Origin: Amoebophrya sp. A120
Lineage: Eukaryota; Protista; Dinoflagellata
Reading direction: 5' to 3'
DNA: 64,000 nucleotides
Assembly (NCBI GenBank): GCA_905178155.1
Contig: CAJINV010000004.1
Location: forward strand, 7,533,768-7,597,767
Below are positions 45,903 to 56,900 of this stretch, piece after piece. The position numbers were made by a program, and so were the translations under genes. Within the stretch, counting starts at the first letter, position 1. Every line of letters begins with the position of its first letter. The notes below the pieces were generated by a model. That model had not been told where the DNA came from. It saw only the letters and a list, made by a program, of their open reading frames with translations, and did not search any database.

Positions 45903-48900
45903 CTAAATATGCACCGGCATGCACCCTTCGCCGTAGTAGACAAATGGTACATTGCCAATCTCCGCGGCGGTTTCCCCAAAGAAGCTGTTACTTATGATCA
46001 GTGCCGTCGCACGGGACAAGCCTATGTACTCGGTCCAGGCGCGATGGTAGCCCGCTTGAGACATCCCAGCGGTTCGGTCCACGTGCTGGATGGCTGCCGT
46101 TGATGTTGAAGACCCTGTGTTTCTAGTTGGACTCGTCGCGCTACTGCCACTACTACTATCTGCTACTGCAACGAACTCGTTCTCCACAAAGCTGGCGACT
46201 TTCCCGGCTTGCACTAAGGCCTGGACTTCCTCGGTGACCCAGAACTGCTCGGAGTCGGCAGAAAAGTACCAGGGCGTGGATGATTCCAAAATCTCCGCCT
46301 GGACTAGTTTGTCCTCCACTTGGACGGCGCATTCCAAAAACGAGGTTATCGTCGTCAACCCGTGCCGGGGTGGGTCTTTGAAGGAGTGCAGCGTTTCGTT
46401 CCCCGCGCGGAAGTGCAAACCGAGAAAGCTTTTCTTCGCCCCGAACTTACTCAACGGGTACAGCACTTTCGCGTGCGGCTTGAACAAAATGTTCCAGACC
46501 TGCGCGACCCAGCCGGAGGTGAAGGCGAAAAAGCCGTAATTATGCACTGCAATAGTATTGTACTCGTATAAATGCATTACAAATTTGCTCAGCAACATGA
46601 GAAATAAAATTTGTAATGCTAATTTACCTCAAGGAAAGGATTTGTAATGCATGATTTCCATACGAGTACGATACTTTTGCACTTGATAGTAATCCTCCTG
46701 CAGCCAATCGTGGATCAAGGCGTGGTATGCGGTGCAAATATGTCTGGGTCTGGAAACTTGTGATGCAAGGAACGGAATAGTGAAAACAAAACACTGTAAT
46801 GCGCTGCCCAGCATGATAAGTTTTCCCGTGGTTCAGAGTTGCGTACTCGGCATGAGAAACTGCGTTTCTGCATGACAGGCAAGACGAGCTCTTCGCGGCC
46901 ACGCAATACAGAGCTCAGAGTCATGCCAGACTAGCATGACAAATCTCGCAATCTCCCAGACCCAGACATATTTGCAGTGCATACGTGGAAGCGGAGGTTC
47001 GTCCCGATCACGAGCACCTCGGGGGACACGCGGAGGCCGCGGAGTGTGCGGTCGACCTGGTGCTCGGAGAGGTCGACCAGTTGCACTCGGTTGTTGAGTG
47101 GTAAATCTTCTATCCGGACCCGCCAATCGAGAAAGGAGGGTAACAGCACCTCTAACAACGGCCGTGGGTGTCGGATGTCGATGAGGAATCCTCTGTGCGT
47201 CGCGACGGCGAGCAGAAACAGGGACAGGATCCCGTGCAGCCGATCTCCGTGTCCGCCGCACATGGGCAGCCCATAGCACGCGGCGACGATCGCGCCTTTC
47301 AGGTTGCTTGGCTGCCCGGACCGCCACTTTCGGTGCTGCTGGATGTAGTCCGCCATGATTTGCTTGAACAAATCGGTTATAAATTGAAAAAGTAACGTGC
47401 TCGTATAAATCCATTACAAATTTTCTCAGCATGAGAAATAAAATTTGTAATGCGGATATACCTTGAGAAAAAGATCTGTAATGCATGATTGCAATACGAG
47501 TACGATACTTTTGCACAGGATATCGGTGCTTCTTTGCCGGTGGGACAAGCCCGCGAAGAGCTTCGTCTCTTCACTCGTACTATGCATTGCAAATATGTCT
47601 CGTGGGTCTGGAAACTTGTGTTGCTGGTACTCGCATCGCAAAGTAGCCAGTTGTGCAGCGTGACAGCATCACAAGTTCTTTTCCTCCGCTGTTTGCGGAT
47701 TCATTCGTACTTAAACTTAGCATTACAAACTGCCTCTTCTCAGCACGCCAAAAAAATTGGCCATCAATCCCATTTATGCATTACAGATCTTGTTGTCCTT
47801 GAAGTTCTGCATCACAAATTATCCAGCCCCAGGCACATTTGAATTGCATACGTGCGCAGCCCGATGGAAGAAACTCCCTGGTCAAAGTGTAGGTTGGGAA
47901 GATCGGACGCTTCGGGGTACCGGAGCCACCGACAAGAAACTGTAAGTAGTGATTTTTTTGATTTTCTTTTCGTCTTCCAATGGACGCATGGCGATAGCAA
48001 AGGTAAATCAAAATCAATACACATACTCCGCTCGTCTGTGCATGAGAACAACTTTCGCGTCAAATATCATAGTGTACTACCTGTAGTATTCGGCTTCAAA
48101 TTATTGATCAAATCGTGGTCAAAAAACGTTCCACAGAGATCCGGCCCCTGCCTGGTGTACTGCTTCCGCCTCGCATATTCGATAAAAGTATGACCTGCAA
48201 AAGTATCGCACTCGTATAATTAAATGCATTACAAATTGAAATTTCCTCAGCATGTGCATGGGAGATAAAATTTGTAATGCATGACTGCAATACGAGTACG
48301 ATACTTTTGCACAAGATAAAAAGTCACTGGCTGCAACGTTTTCGCCGCCACCGCCGCGCCGGCGAACTCAGTACTGGCTGAAGCCTCCGTCTCTCCGTCT
48401 TCAGATATTAAAGCAGCACTCGCCGTTTCGTTGCTTGCGGTATCTTCTATTTCACTGTCTGCTTCCATTTCTACTGCGGGACCACGAGCTGCCGACGGCC
48501 TGGTGACTTCTATGATGGTTTCCTGCACAATTTGCGCGATCTTGTTCGGGCTCAGCTCGTCGAGCGTGGATTCCGTCGGGAAAACCACCACCCGCCCGGG
48601 AATTTCGTGCTGGGCCTCCACTTTCTCTTGCGGGGGACGGATGGCGGACAGCTCGGGGACCCTGTTTGGGATAGAAGAAAAGGGAGTATAGTACGTGCAT
48701 CACATAAGCGCTATGTATTTGTGATAGAAAAGGGACAACTTCTACGTCCAATAATAAAGTGCCTGAAGTTCATGTTCCATCACTTCAGTGCAGACCGATA
48801 GTGGTCCTGCAGTTTTTCTTCTTGTGGCAGACGCAGATCACAATAAACTATTCCATTCTAATACCCTTCAGCCACAACAGCCTCGAAATCGACGTCATCA

Positions 48901-50505
48901 CCGGCATCAGCTCCTCCGTCCGAACTACCTTCTTCGCCGCTAGTTATCTCAAAACTGCTCTCGATCTGCTGCAGTTCCAGATGCAAAACGGATAGAGCGG
49001 TGGACAACTTCACCGCCTGGATTTCCACGAAATCGAGCAGGAACGTGTTGTCGTTCATTCCGTACCGTTCATAGTTCATCACGTCAGAGCTGTTCACACT
49101 TATGCACTGCAAACTAACCATCGCACTCTACGTAGTAGATTTTATCGCATGACAAATTTTTCCAAGAGGAAAGTTGTCCTGCTGATATTCACACAAGAGT
49201 CGAGATCTGTAAAAATACAGTTCTTTTACTGAAAAAACTTCTACAAGCAGCGTACGATAGTACTTATTTGCAGTGGATAACACTCCTTGGATCTTCGTTC
49301 TTCACCTCCTCCCATATCTTGTGATTGCTCCCCCAGGTCCAATTTTTCGGTAAGGGCAGCTGGTCGATGGTTTGGATCGAGTGTAAGTTCGGTTCTAGGG
49401 GTACGGTGTAGAGAAGGTTCTGGATGGTTGGCGGGCGCGGGTTGTTTTGGCCATCTTCGTTGTCTTCATCCCCAGAGGTGGACCCTGCATGTTGACCTCC
49501 ACGACCTGCATGAACCACTTCGACTTCATTCAAGTAAATCGCTTCGTCGACCGGGCAGTTTAAGTCCTCCCTATGAACTGCAAAAGTATCGTACTCGTAT
49601 AAATGCATTACAAATTTCCTCAGCATGAAAAATGAAATTTGTAATGCGGATTTGCCTTAAAAGAGAGATTTGTATTGCATGATTGCAATTACTACGAGTA
49701 CGATACTTTTGCACAGGATACTCCCGCTGCCTCAGCAAGTCGCTCATTTCTTCCAGGACCTCCATATGGATTGCAAAAGGATCTTCGCTGTACTCGTTCT
49801 AGTACAAATTGCATTACAAATTTGCTCAGATGAAAATGGAGTTTGTCATGCTGGTTTACAACCTTGTTAGGAAGCAGATTTGTGATGCACATCTGCAATT
49901 ACTCGTACGAGCACGTGATACAACTTTTGCATTTGATACTCCAAAAAAGGCGACACCAGCGGCTCTTCCACCGAGCCAATCGCGTAGCAGATGTGCCGCA
50001 CGATTTCGGCGACCAGTTTCTGCAGTACCTCCATACCCTTGTCGTAGGCGGAAAGTAGTGCGGGTAAAACTTCTATATCCTGTGCAAAAGTATCGTATTC
50101 GTAGTATGTAATCGCAGCCATGCATTATAAATCTCCATCCCAAGGCAAAACAGCATGACAAATTACATTTCTCACACTGACGGTGAGCAAATTTGTAATG
50201 CGATTCATACTAGTACGATGCTTTTGCATTTCATATTCTATCCTCGATCGCAAGGCGCAGGGGAACTTTTCCACGTCGTCGTCGAACCGCGTCATGAGTC
50301 TTTCTGCACGTTCCACAATGGGTTGCCGCAAGTGCACCTCGCGGTACCCAAACGCGTTGTTCAGCGCCAGCTTCGGAAACTGCCGCTTTTCCTCGCTGCA
50401 GCACGCGAGCTCCTCCCGCCCGGCGTCTGGACCAAACGTGGGAACAAAGCATTTTTGGTAAAACGGGATGAGAGCAACGAGGCCGGAAGCTGCGTAGGAA
50501 CGCAT
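45903..50505 (-). CDS. Fucosyltransferase-like glycosyltransferase (NodZ/FUT8/O-FucT clan) with an N-terminal extension
   Basis: Motifs GGHGDRLHGILSLF, LGLHFRAG, WYFSADS and SNSFFGETAA. Frame is continuous through 9 introners and GT-AG introns 47940-48080 and 48662-48864. Confidence 0.7.
46541..46688. mobile_element. Introner family B
   Basis: DR GTAAT; QEDY|GFFA. Confidence 0.92.
46726..46983. mobile_element. Introner family A
   Basis: DR CGTGG; RFH|ALIH. Confidence 0.92.
47378..47522. mobile_element. Introner family B
   Basis: DR TCGGT; RSTD|LFKQ. Confidence 0.9.
47581..47850. mobile_element. Introner family A (divergent)
   Basis: DR CGTAC/CGTGC (synonymous mismatch); GLRT|SEET. Confidence 0.85.
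48189..48318. mobile_element. Introner family B
   Basis: DR AAAAG; PVTF|IEYA. Confidence 0.9.
49101..49279. mobile_element. Introner, divergent B-like
   Basis: TATGCACTGCAAA...TTTGCAGTGGATA; DR ACACT. Confidence 0.87.
49572..49720. mobile_element. Introner family B
   Basis: DR CTCCC; RQRE|DLNC. Confidence 0.92.
49765..49938. mobile_element. Introner, divergent B-like
   Basis: DR CTCCA; PFLE|VLEE. Confidence 0.9.
50076..50235. mobile_element. Introner family B
   Basis: DR TTCTA; SRIE|VLPA. Confidence 0.92.
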
Positions 50506-51113
50506 TTTTTTTTTAAGTTTTCCTATTTTCTGAAGATGTTGTTGAGAACTGGATGAAATCAAACGCAGCAAAAAGATTTTTCAAACAACTGAAGGTAAGA
50601 CACAGAAACGCGAACAAAGCGAAAAGGAAAAGCATTACCAAAGATAAAAGTAAACAAACGCGGGAGGTGCGAGACGAAAAAAAGAGCACTTAATGGGACT
50701 GAACACGGTTATTTGCTCGTCCTGCCGCTGTGTGAAAATCTTAAAGTTTGTCTTGGATCCAAGCTGCGATCTGTGATGCTTTAGCTTTACAGGCACAATA
50801 CCCCAAAAGTTGCTTGTTTCCAGATCTTACACCAAAAGTTGCCTTCTTCAAGATCCTCGCACTCGTCCTTTACTTGCGAATCAAAAATGATTTCAACACT
50901 TGTGCATGTGCTATCAGGATAAGGTAAAAATACTTTAAGTCGTAGTTCTAATAGTACTCACAATGCGATCATACAAACAAAACCGGCGTCGTGCTCTTGG
51001 TACTTACTTCTACGGGGCTGAAAATGTTTCGGCGTTGTATATATTGGTCGTGCTATCGGGCTGAGGCTGACGTGTCGTCTACTTCTACACAAAAAAATAT
51101 TATCCACCAAGAA

Positions 51114-53441
51114 CTACGAGCATTTTTCGGCCTTCTCTGGCTCCTGCAGCTCCTCCTGTGGCTGCTTCCTCGCGCTCGCCTGTGAAGATGAATTCCCCGC
51201 CAACAAACAGCTGTTGTGCAGTATCCAAGCGTCGTTCGAGGTCGCGTGGTCTCGTTTGAACAAACGGAAAATGCGGGGAAGGAAGGTCGAACCGGTATCC
51301 AAGTCGTTCGGGGACAGGAGGGTGAGCTCGACGTAGTTTTTACTACTTTGGTGCGCCAGCTGCACGGGGGTGACGATCCTTGAAGTTGTGTCGCTTAATA
51401 TTTCTTTGGCACAAGAACGATTTGTTGCCTGCTGCTGCTGCTGCGCAGGATGGACAAGTGTACTAGTTTGGAGCTCCGCGCAGCGTGTCGCTGTGATACT
51501 TTTGGACGGGTGATTCTTGTGGCTGCCCGTATAATTTTTTCCCGGTGTTGTGCTACTGGTTCTGGTGTTCCGTTTCGCGCATTTCGGAGCGCAGGAATTT
51601 CTCTCTGCTGGTACTTGCACCACAGCGTGTTCAACACCGTTTAGAACGCTCGCCGGCACCAGAAACTTCCCGGCCTGGAACGGGGCGTGGCACACCCGGG
51701 TCCCGAAAATTCTGGATAAGAGCTTGCCGGAACGGGGTACAGGGTCTTGGTTATACACGTAGAAAAAGGAACCGGGAGGGGGACTTGTCGAAGGTGTCGG
51801 AGCTGATAGCGCTAGTACCTTCGGGGGAGAAGAAGTAGTATGATCTGTACTACCGTTATCTCCACCACTAAAACCCCTGCTGTCAAAAGAACAGCAACTC
51901 TGCGGCCTCAACCTTTTCGCCAGAAAGGAATCACTTTTTTCGGCGAAAGATGCTTGTAGCATCGAATTCTGCAACTCCCAATGCCTTTCATCGAACTTCT
52001 TCTTCATCAAAAAACTCCGACAAGCGCGGCCGAACTGCCTTGCTTTCGACATCCCGTGCGTGTTGAACGACAAAGGTGGTACGGAACCCAGGATGAGGCT
52101 GGTAATTTTGTCTGCAGAATTTTTGCCAATTTTTGCCGTGCCGTCAAAATCCTTCACATTTTCGCGAAACACCCCTTCCAGCGCTTGTGCCGCGTGTAGA
52201 AAATCCAGTCCGATGGTGTCGTTCTCGGCTTCCAACCGGGATTCCAAGTTCGGACCGCCGAGGAGGTGGAGGTGCTGTTGATCGACGCTAGGGGCCTTAA
52301 TAATATCTGCCTTTTCGTGATGTGGCACCACGACGTCCCGCAACGACGTCATAAGTTCCGACACGTTGCAGAATAAGTGCGCCAGCGTCGCGACGCCGCC
52401 GCCCAAACTGAAGCCCGCGATGATCACATGGTCGAATTGGGCGCCCTGTAAATGTTCTTGCCGAAAATTGAACAGCTTTTCTCGCACGTTTTCGTTTTTC
52501 GCCCCCGACAGCATATCTCTCACCACAGCGGTGAACTTGAGCGCGAAGCCGGGCACGATGCCGAGGGTGTTTTCTTCGTCGGCAGTGGTGGTAGTTTTCT
52601 CACTGTTTGACAGAGGAATACCCTGCGGTTGCCGGTCTGTATTAGCGTCCGGAGGTGGTGAAAAAGAATCTTCAACTTCTACCGTGTTCTGGTTCTGTAG
52701 TTGCGCACAGGTGGACGTCGAAGAAAAGATTGTGCTGCAGTAGCTGCTGCTCCGGGTTTGGCATGAGAAAGGCGACGTCCTGACTTCATCTCCCGCGCTG
52801 TTCTTGTTCCCAACTGGCGTTCCCGGGGCAGAGTTGTGGTCGGAGGATGACGCGATGGTAGAGGAGTCTGACAGAACAGCGTCAACCACCAGTTCAGCTC
52901 CTTCATCACCTTGAATTTCTTTTTCAACCCCCGTCGTCGTCGAACTGGATTTTTTATTCACCTCCGACAAGAACGTCCTCCTGCTCGTCGTACCGGGATG
53001 AAGATCCTTCGTCGCACCGTCAACCTGATCCTGACCCCGACCCTCCTCGCCGACCCGCAGAAAGCAGAAGCATTTTTTCCAGCCCATCATGTGGTCCAGC
53101 TCGTAATCCACCGGACTTGCGGACCCCCGAAAGACCACCCACAGACTTCCCGGGGCGTGTTTCGCGGAGTACCCCAGAAACCAACCGTCGCCCGCAAACT
53201 GCGGCTTGCTGTGGCGGATGGGCACATTGGAGGCGATTTCCTGGATATCTTCCCCCGGAAAGCCGGAGAACGCGCGGTCGGGACAGCCGTGTCGGGTCAA
53301 ATAGGTGCTGATATTCGCGGCCAGACGGATCAGGTCGGGAGACGGGGTGGAGACCTGGTTCGTTTTATCTTGGGTCTGGTCGTACATTTTTGTAATGTAG
53401 TTCTTCGGGTCCAGGCTTATTTTCTGAGAGGAGGAGGTCAT
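51114..53441 (-). CDS. Lipase class 3 (alpha/beta hydrolase) with low-complexity insertions, intronless
   Basis: Motifs WVVFRGS, nucleophile elbow AGFSLGGGVA, and YNQDPVPR. Confidence 0.8.
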   Translation of the reverse strand: MTSSSQKISLDPKNYITKMYDQTQDKTNQVSTPSPDLIRLAANISTYLTRHGCPDRAFSGFPGEDIQEIASNVPIRHSKPQFAGDGWFLGYSAKHAPGSLWVVFRGSASPVDYELDHMMGWKKCFCFLRVGEEGRGQDQVDGATKDLHPGTTSRRTFLSEVNKKSSSTTTGVEKEIQGDEGAELVVDAVLSDSSTIASSSDHNSAPGTPVGNKNSAGDEVRTSPFSCQTRSSSYCSTIFSSTSTCAQLQNQNTVEVEDSFSPPPDANTDRQPQGIPLSNSEKTTTTADEENTLGIVPGFALKFTAVVRDMLSGAKNENVREKLFNFRQEHLQGAQFDHVIIAGFSLGGGVATLAHLFCNVSELMTSLRDVVVPHHEKADIIKAPSVDQQHLHLLGGPNLESRLEAENDTIGLDFLHAAQALEGVFRENVKDFDGTAKIGKNSADKITSLILGSVPPLSFNTHGMSKARQFGRACRSFLMKKKFDERHWELQNSMLQASFAEKSDSFLAKRLRPQSCCSFDSRGFSGGDNGSTDHTTSSPPKVLALSAPTPSTSPPPGSFFYVYNQDPVPRSGKLLSRIFGTRVCHAPFQAGKFLVPASVLNGVEHAVVQVPAERNSCAPKCAKRNTRTSSTTPGKNYTGSHKNHPSKSITATRCAELQTSTLVHPAQQQQQATNRSCAKEILSDTTSRIVTPVQLAHQSSKNYVELTLLSPNDLDTGSTFLPRIFRLFKRDHATSNDAWILHNSCLLAGNSSSQASARKQPQEELQEPEKAEKCS

Positions 53442-53992
53442 GGCTTATTTTTGGTTCCGGGAGAATGTTCGTGTTCCATAAATATACGTAAATACGGTGG
53501 TTGGCTGGATGATAAAAAAGTGCTGGAATACTACACTCTTTGCTGTTTTTCATCGGTCCTTCATCATTTTTTCATGTTTTTCTTTGATTTTGTGTATAAA
53601 TCACAGCGTCCTGACGCAGAACGACGACCTATGCTATTCGTGAAAAATTCAGAATTATTTCTTCACGAAAGGGAAGCGATCTCCTTCTGTTTGTTCGCAA
53701 CGCGATTCATCAACATCGTAGTAGTTCGTATAGTCACAGAACGCCGCAAGATTAGGCGTGGTGATCTTCTAGTACTTCTGAACCATTTGCATTTTCAATT
53801 TTTCAACAAATCGGGATCTTCAAGATCAAGTCGTCGACACGACATGATTGCAGCATAGTCATAGTGTTGCTCGGAGTAGTACCTCCCCGAACACTGCATC
53901 CCATGCGAACTTGAAAATGCCGTGGATGCGGCCCAAATTTTTGCAATTTTCTTGCGATGAAGATAAATGGCGGGTATTCACTGTCACTTGCG

Positions 53993-56900
53993 TCAGACCT
54001 TTGTTCGCTTCAGTGCTCGCTGTTCATCCTGTTGGTGTTGGCCAGATCCAGATGTCCACCTTCTGTGCGCAGTTCCTTCTTTGTTTTCTCCTTCATTTCC
54101 GTCTGTCACGACGACGAGATCAGCGGATTTTCTTCTTCCCGCAGGATCTTCTACTTTCGGGGCGGGATGGGCAGGGTCAACATCTTCCCTTTGATAATCG
54201 CGGTCCATCTTCGTTTTATTGTTCCCACCACTCGTCGTCGTGCTCTTGCTATATTTCGTGAACAAATACAGCGTCCGTCGCAACGCCGGAAACCGGTCTT
54301 TGTGTATCACCTGCACGTTGCCAAACCGGCCGTTCTGACAGAGCAGCTGACGGAAATTTTCCGGTCGGTGCTTCAATTCCAGCACGTTCTGCTGCATAAA
54401 ATCGGACGCGTGCTTCCGCTTCCGGTGCTGAGACTTCTCATTGTATTTATTTTCCCCCGCAGCGCCGGTCGTCGTACTTCTCCCCCCCTGCTTTGGATCG
54501 GGCGTCGCGTACTCCTGCCACGGGTGGTACTCGAGAATTAAGACGCCGTTGGGTTTCAAGACTTCCCAACACCGGTCGAAGAGCAATTCTATCCCCCTGT
54601 CCCCACAATTCATGTGGATCCATTTTGTGACGGAGAAAAGCAGCACCGTATCGAACAAGTTCGTTTCCACTTTCGTGGTCGTCGTGTGGAGAGCACGTGG
54701 TGAATGAAAATGTTTCGACAAAGTAGGTCCTGATTGGTAGTTTTTTCCAGTTGGTGTAGTTGGGGGTCGTTGCAGGAGGTTCTGCGCTCCTTGCTCAGCC
54801 GGAACGCCTGCTGCGGTGCTGTTGCGGAACAAATCATTCCGTGGACCACTTCTGGGGGTGCCTGGTGTTTGTCCAGCCCGACCTTGTTGCGGCGTTCGCG
54901 GAGTTCGGTTCCCTTCAACAGGAGGTTGAACGTTCTTTACTGCACTACCACCGCCAACACTAGCCCTAGCAGGATGTTGAACTAGAGCATCAGCTGCGCC
55001 AGCACTTTGTTGATCTGCAAAGCGAGGGGAAAGTCGCTGCATGGTCGCGTTCCCACGACCGCCCACTCGTCCTTCACCCGACTGTCGCTGCGCCCGGACA
55101 ACGGTCGTCCGCGTCGCCAGGGCCTGGGCAAAGACGAGACTGCGTGGGGCGAGAAAATCTTCGGTAGAAAATTGCAGGTTGTAGGGGAAGTCAAAGTCCG
55201 ATTTTTTCCGAATCAGCGGGGGCTCCTCTCGCATCAAGTACGGCTTGGTGACGTAGGGAATCACACTGCGATTCTGCACCAGAACATCTGCGAACTGGGT
55301 TGCGTCCTCCCGCGCAGAAGGCGTGTGGAAGGGAACAAGGTGCGTTGCAGTAGAAGTAAAACGGATTGTGCTATTCTTGTTTGTTTTCGGTCGCCGTCCA
55401 GTGGAAGAGGACGACGTCGCACCACCTCCAGTAGAAGAACTAGCTGCACCTCCCGCAGCACCTCCAATGGCTTGTGCAAAGGCCTCCTCTATCTGCTTCC
55501 GCGCGGCAGCGAGCTGCTGTGCCGTGGCAGCGACGGCAGACGGCTGACCCGATGTTAGTAAATCAACATCTCCAGCGGATTTGTTGTCTGCGTTCTCCGG
55601 AGGTTCTGGTGGCACGTACCTCACCGACGCGATGGTTGGAATTTCGATTAGAGGCGGAGGCGCAGCTGGAGCTGGAGGTGATGCTGGTGCTGATACAGTG
55701 TTCTTTTGCCGCTGGTCTTCTGCATGATCATGATCAAGTGGCTCACCATCTTCATCATTAGCTCCAACTACTTCCATTTTGTTGTCCCTGACGGAAAACA
55801 AATCCACACTCTGGTTCGCCTCAGGATGGTTGAAAAACTCCACGCCGTCGGCTTTGATTTTCCGCAAGTGCTTCAGAGCGATTTTTGTGCAGTTCATGTC
55901 CACGTCCACCCCCACAACTATGGAGCTCTCAAACGTTCCATTCACAACTGTTACACGAATTTGTCATGCAAGACTACCTGAAGACGCCAGGTGATCACGC
56001 TGCTTCGCATGACAAATCTCCGAGAGGCTAAACAGCATCGAAATCTGTGCCAAATCTGTGATGCGAAAGCAGCAAGCTTGCCCCTTTGACTGATGCTGTT
56101 CTTCCATTACAAATTCGTGTAACACTTGAGAATGTAACTGATTTGAGAACGCCATAACAACCTGCTTGGCGTTGCAGAAAGCGGACAGTGCGAACGCAAC
56201 CGTCCCGGTGTTGCAGCCAATATCGAGAACTTTTTTGCCGAAAAACACGTCGCCCGTGTAATGGGTCGTTGTCGGAAGCTGGAGGTATTTCAGGAGAACT
56301 AGAATCCGCACATCGATCGTCTGGAACCGATCCCGCCGATGCTTGTAGTTCGTGTCGAAGTTGCCATAGCAAAACATCTATGCATTGCAAAAATATCGCA
56401 CTCGTAGTAATCGCAGTCATGCATTACAAATTTTTTTCTCAAGGTCAAGGCCAAGGGAAATCCGCATTACAAATTTTCTTTCTGACGCTGAGGAAATTTG
56501 TAATGCATTTATACGAGTACGATACTTTTGCAGTTCATAACATCTTCTTCGTGTCGCGCGTAATCTCCTTGGTGGCCAGGGGCTTACTTTTCTTTTGCTT
56601 GTTCTGACCAGCTGCACCTGGTCGCGCACCGCGACCTGCTTTATTTTCACCAGCTCCACCAGCATATCCTGAGTAAAAACGTACCCACACCAGAGTCAGG
56701 ATGGGGATTTTGCAACACAAACCTAGGAGTTTTGTGAGTCACGCATGACAAGTTTCAGTCCGTAAGGTAGTGCAAGTTAGCAAGGAAAGCCGCATCACAA
56801 ATCGACCTTCTGATCCTGTTTACAGCATTACAAGCTCCCAAACACGATTGAAAATGCCTGTCATGGGGTTGCGCATCACAAATGTTCCTGTCATGGCAAA

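Noticed and set aside
1443-47850. Recurrent GTCTGGGTCTGG / CCAGACCCAGAC repeats as a CRISPR array or REP elements
   Set aside because: They are inverted pairs bounding ~260-bp elements inside eukaryotic genes, not regularly spaced direct repeats, and there are no cas genes.
9159-50505. Genes as pseudogenes disrupted by transposons
   Set aside because: The reconstructed exons have intact motifs and no internal stops or frameshifts after removal, which is implausible for dead genes with up to 9 insertions.
3227-50571. Many short ORFs with recurring peptides such as FQTQTFLHLI, CKNVWVWK, PDPDIFAFD and QKYRTR
   Set aside because: These are translations of introner TIRs, not a protein family.
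52911-53858. 315-aa plus-strand ORF and other antisense ORFs
   Set aside because: Shadow frames of GC-rich minus-strand genes with no recognisable motifs.
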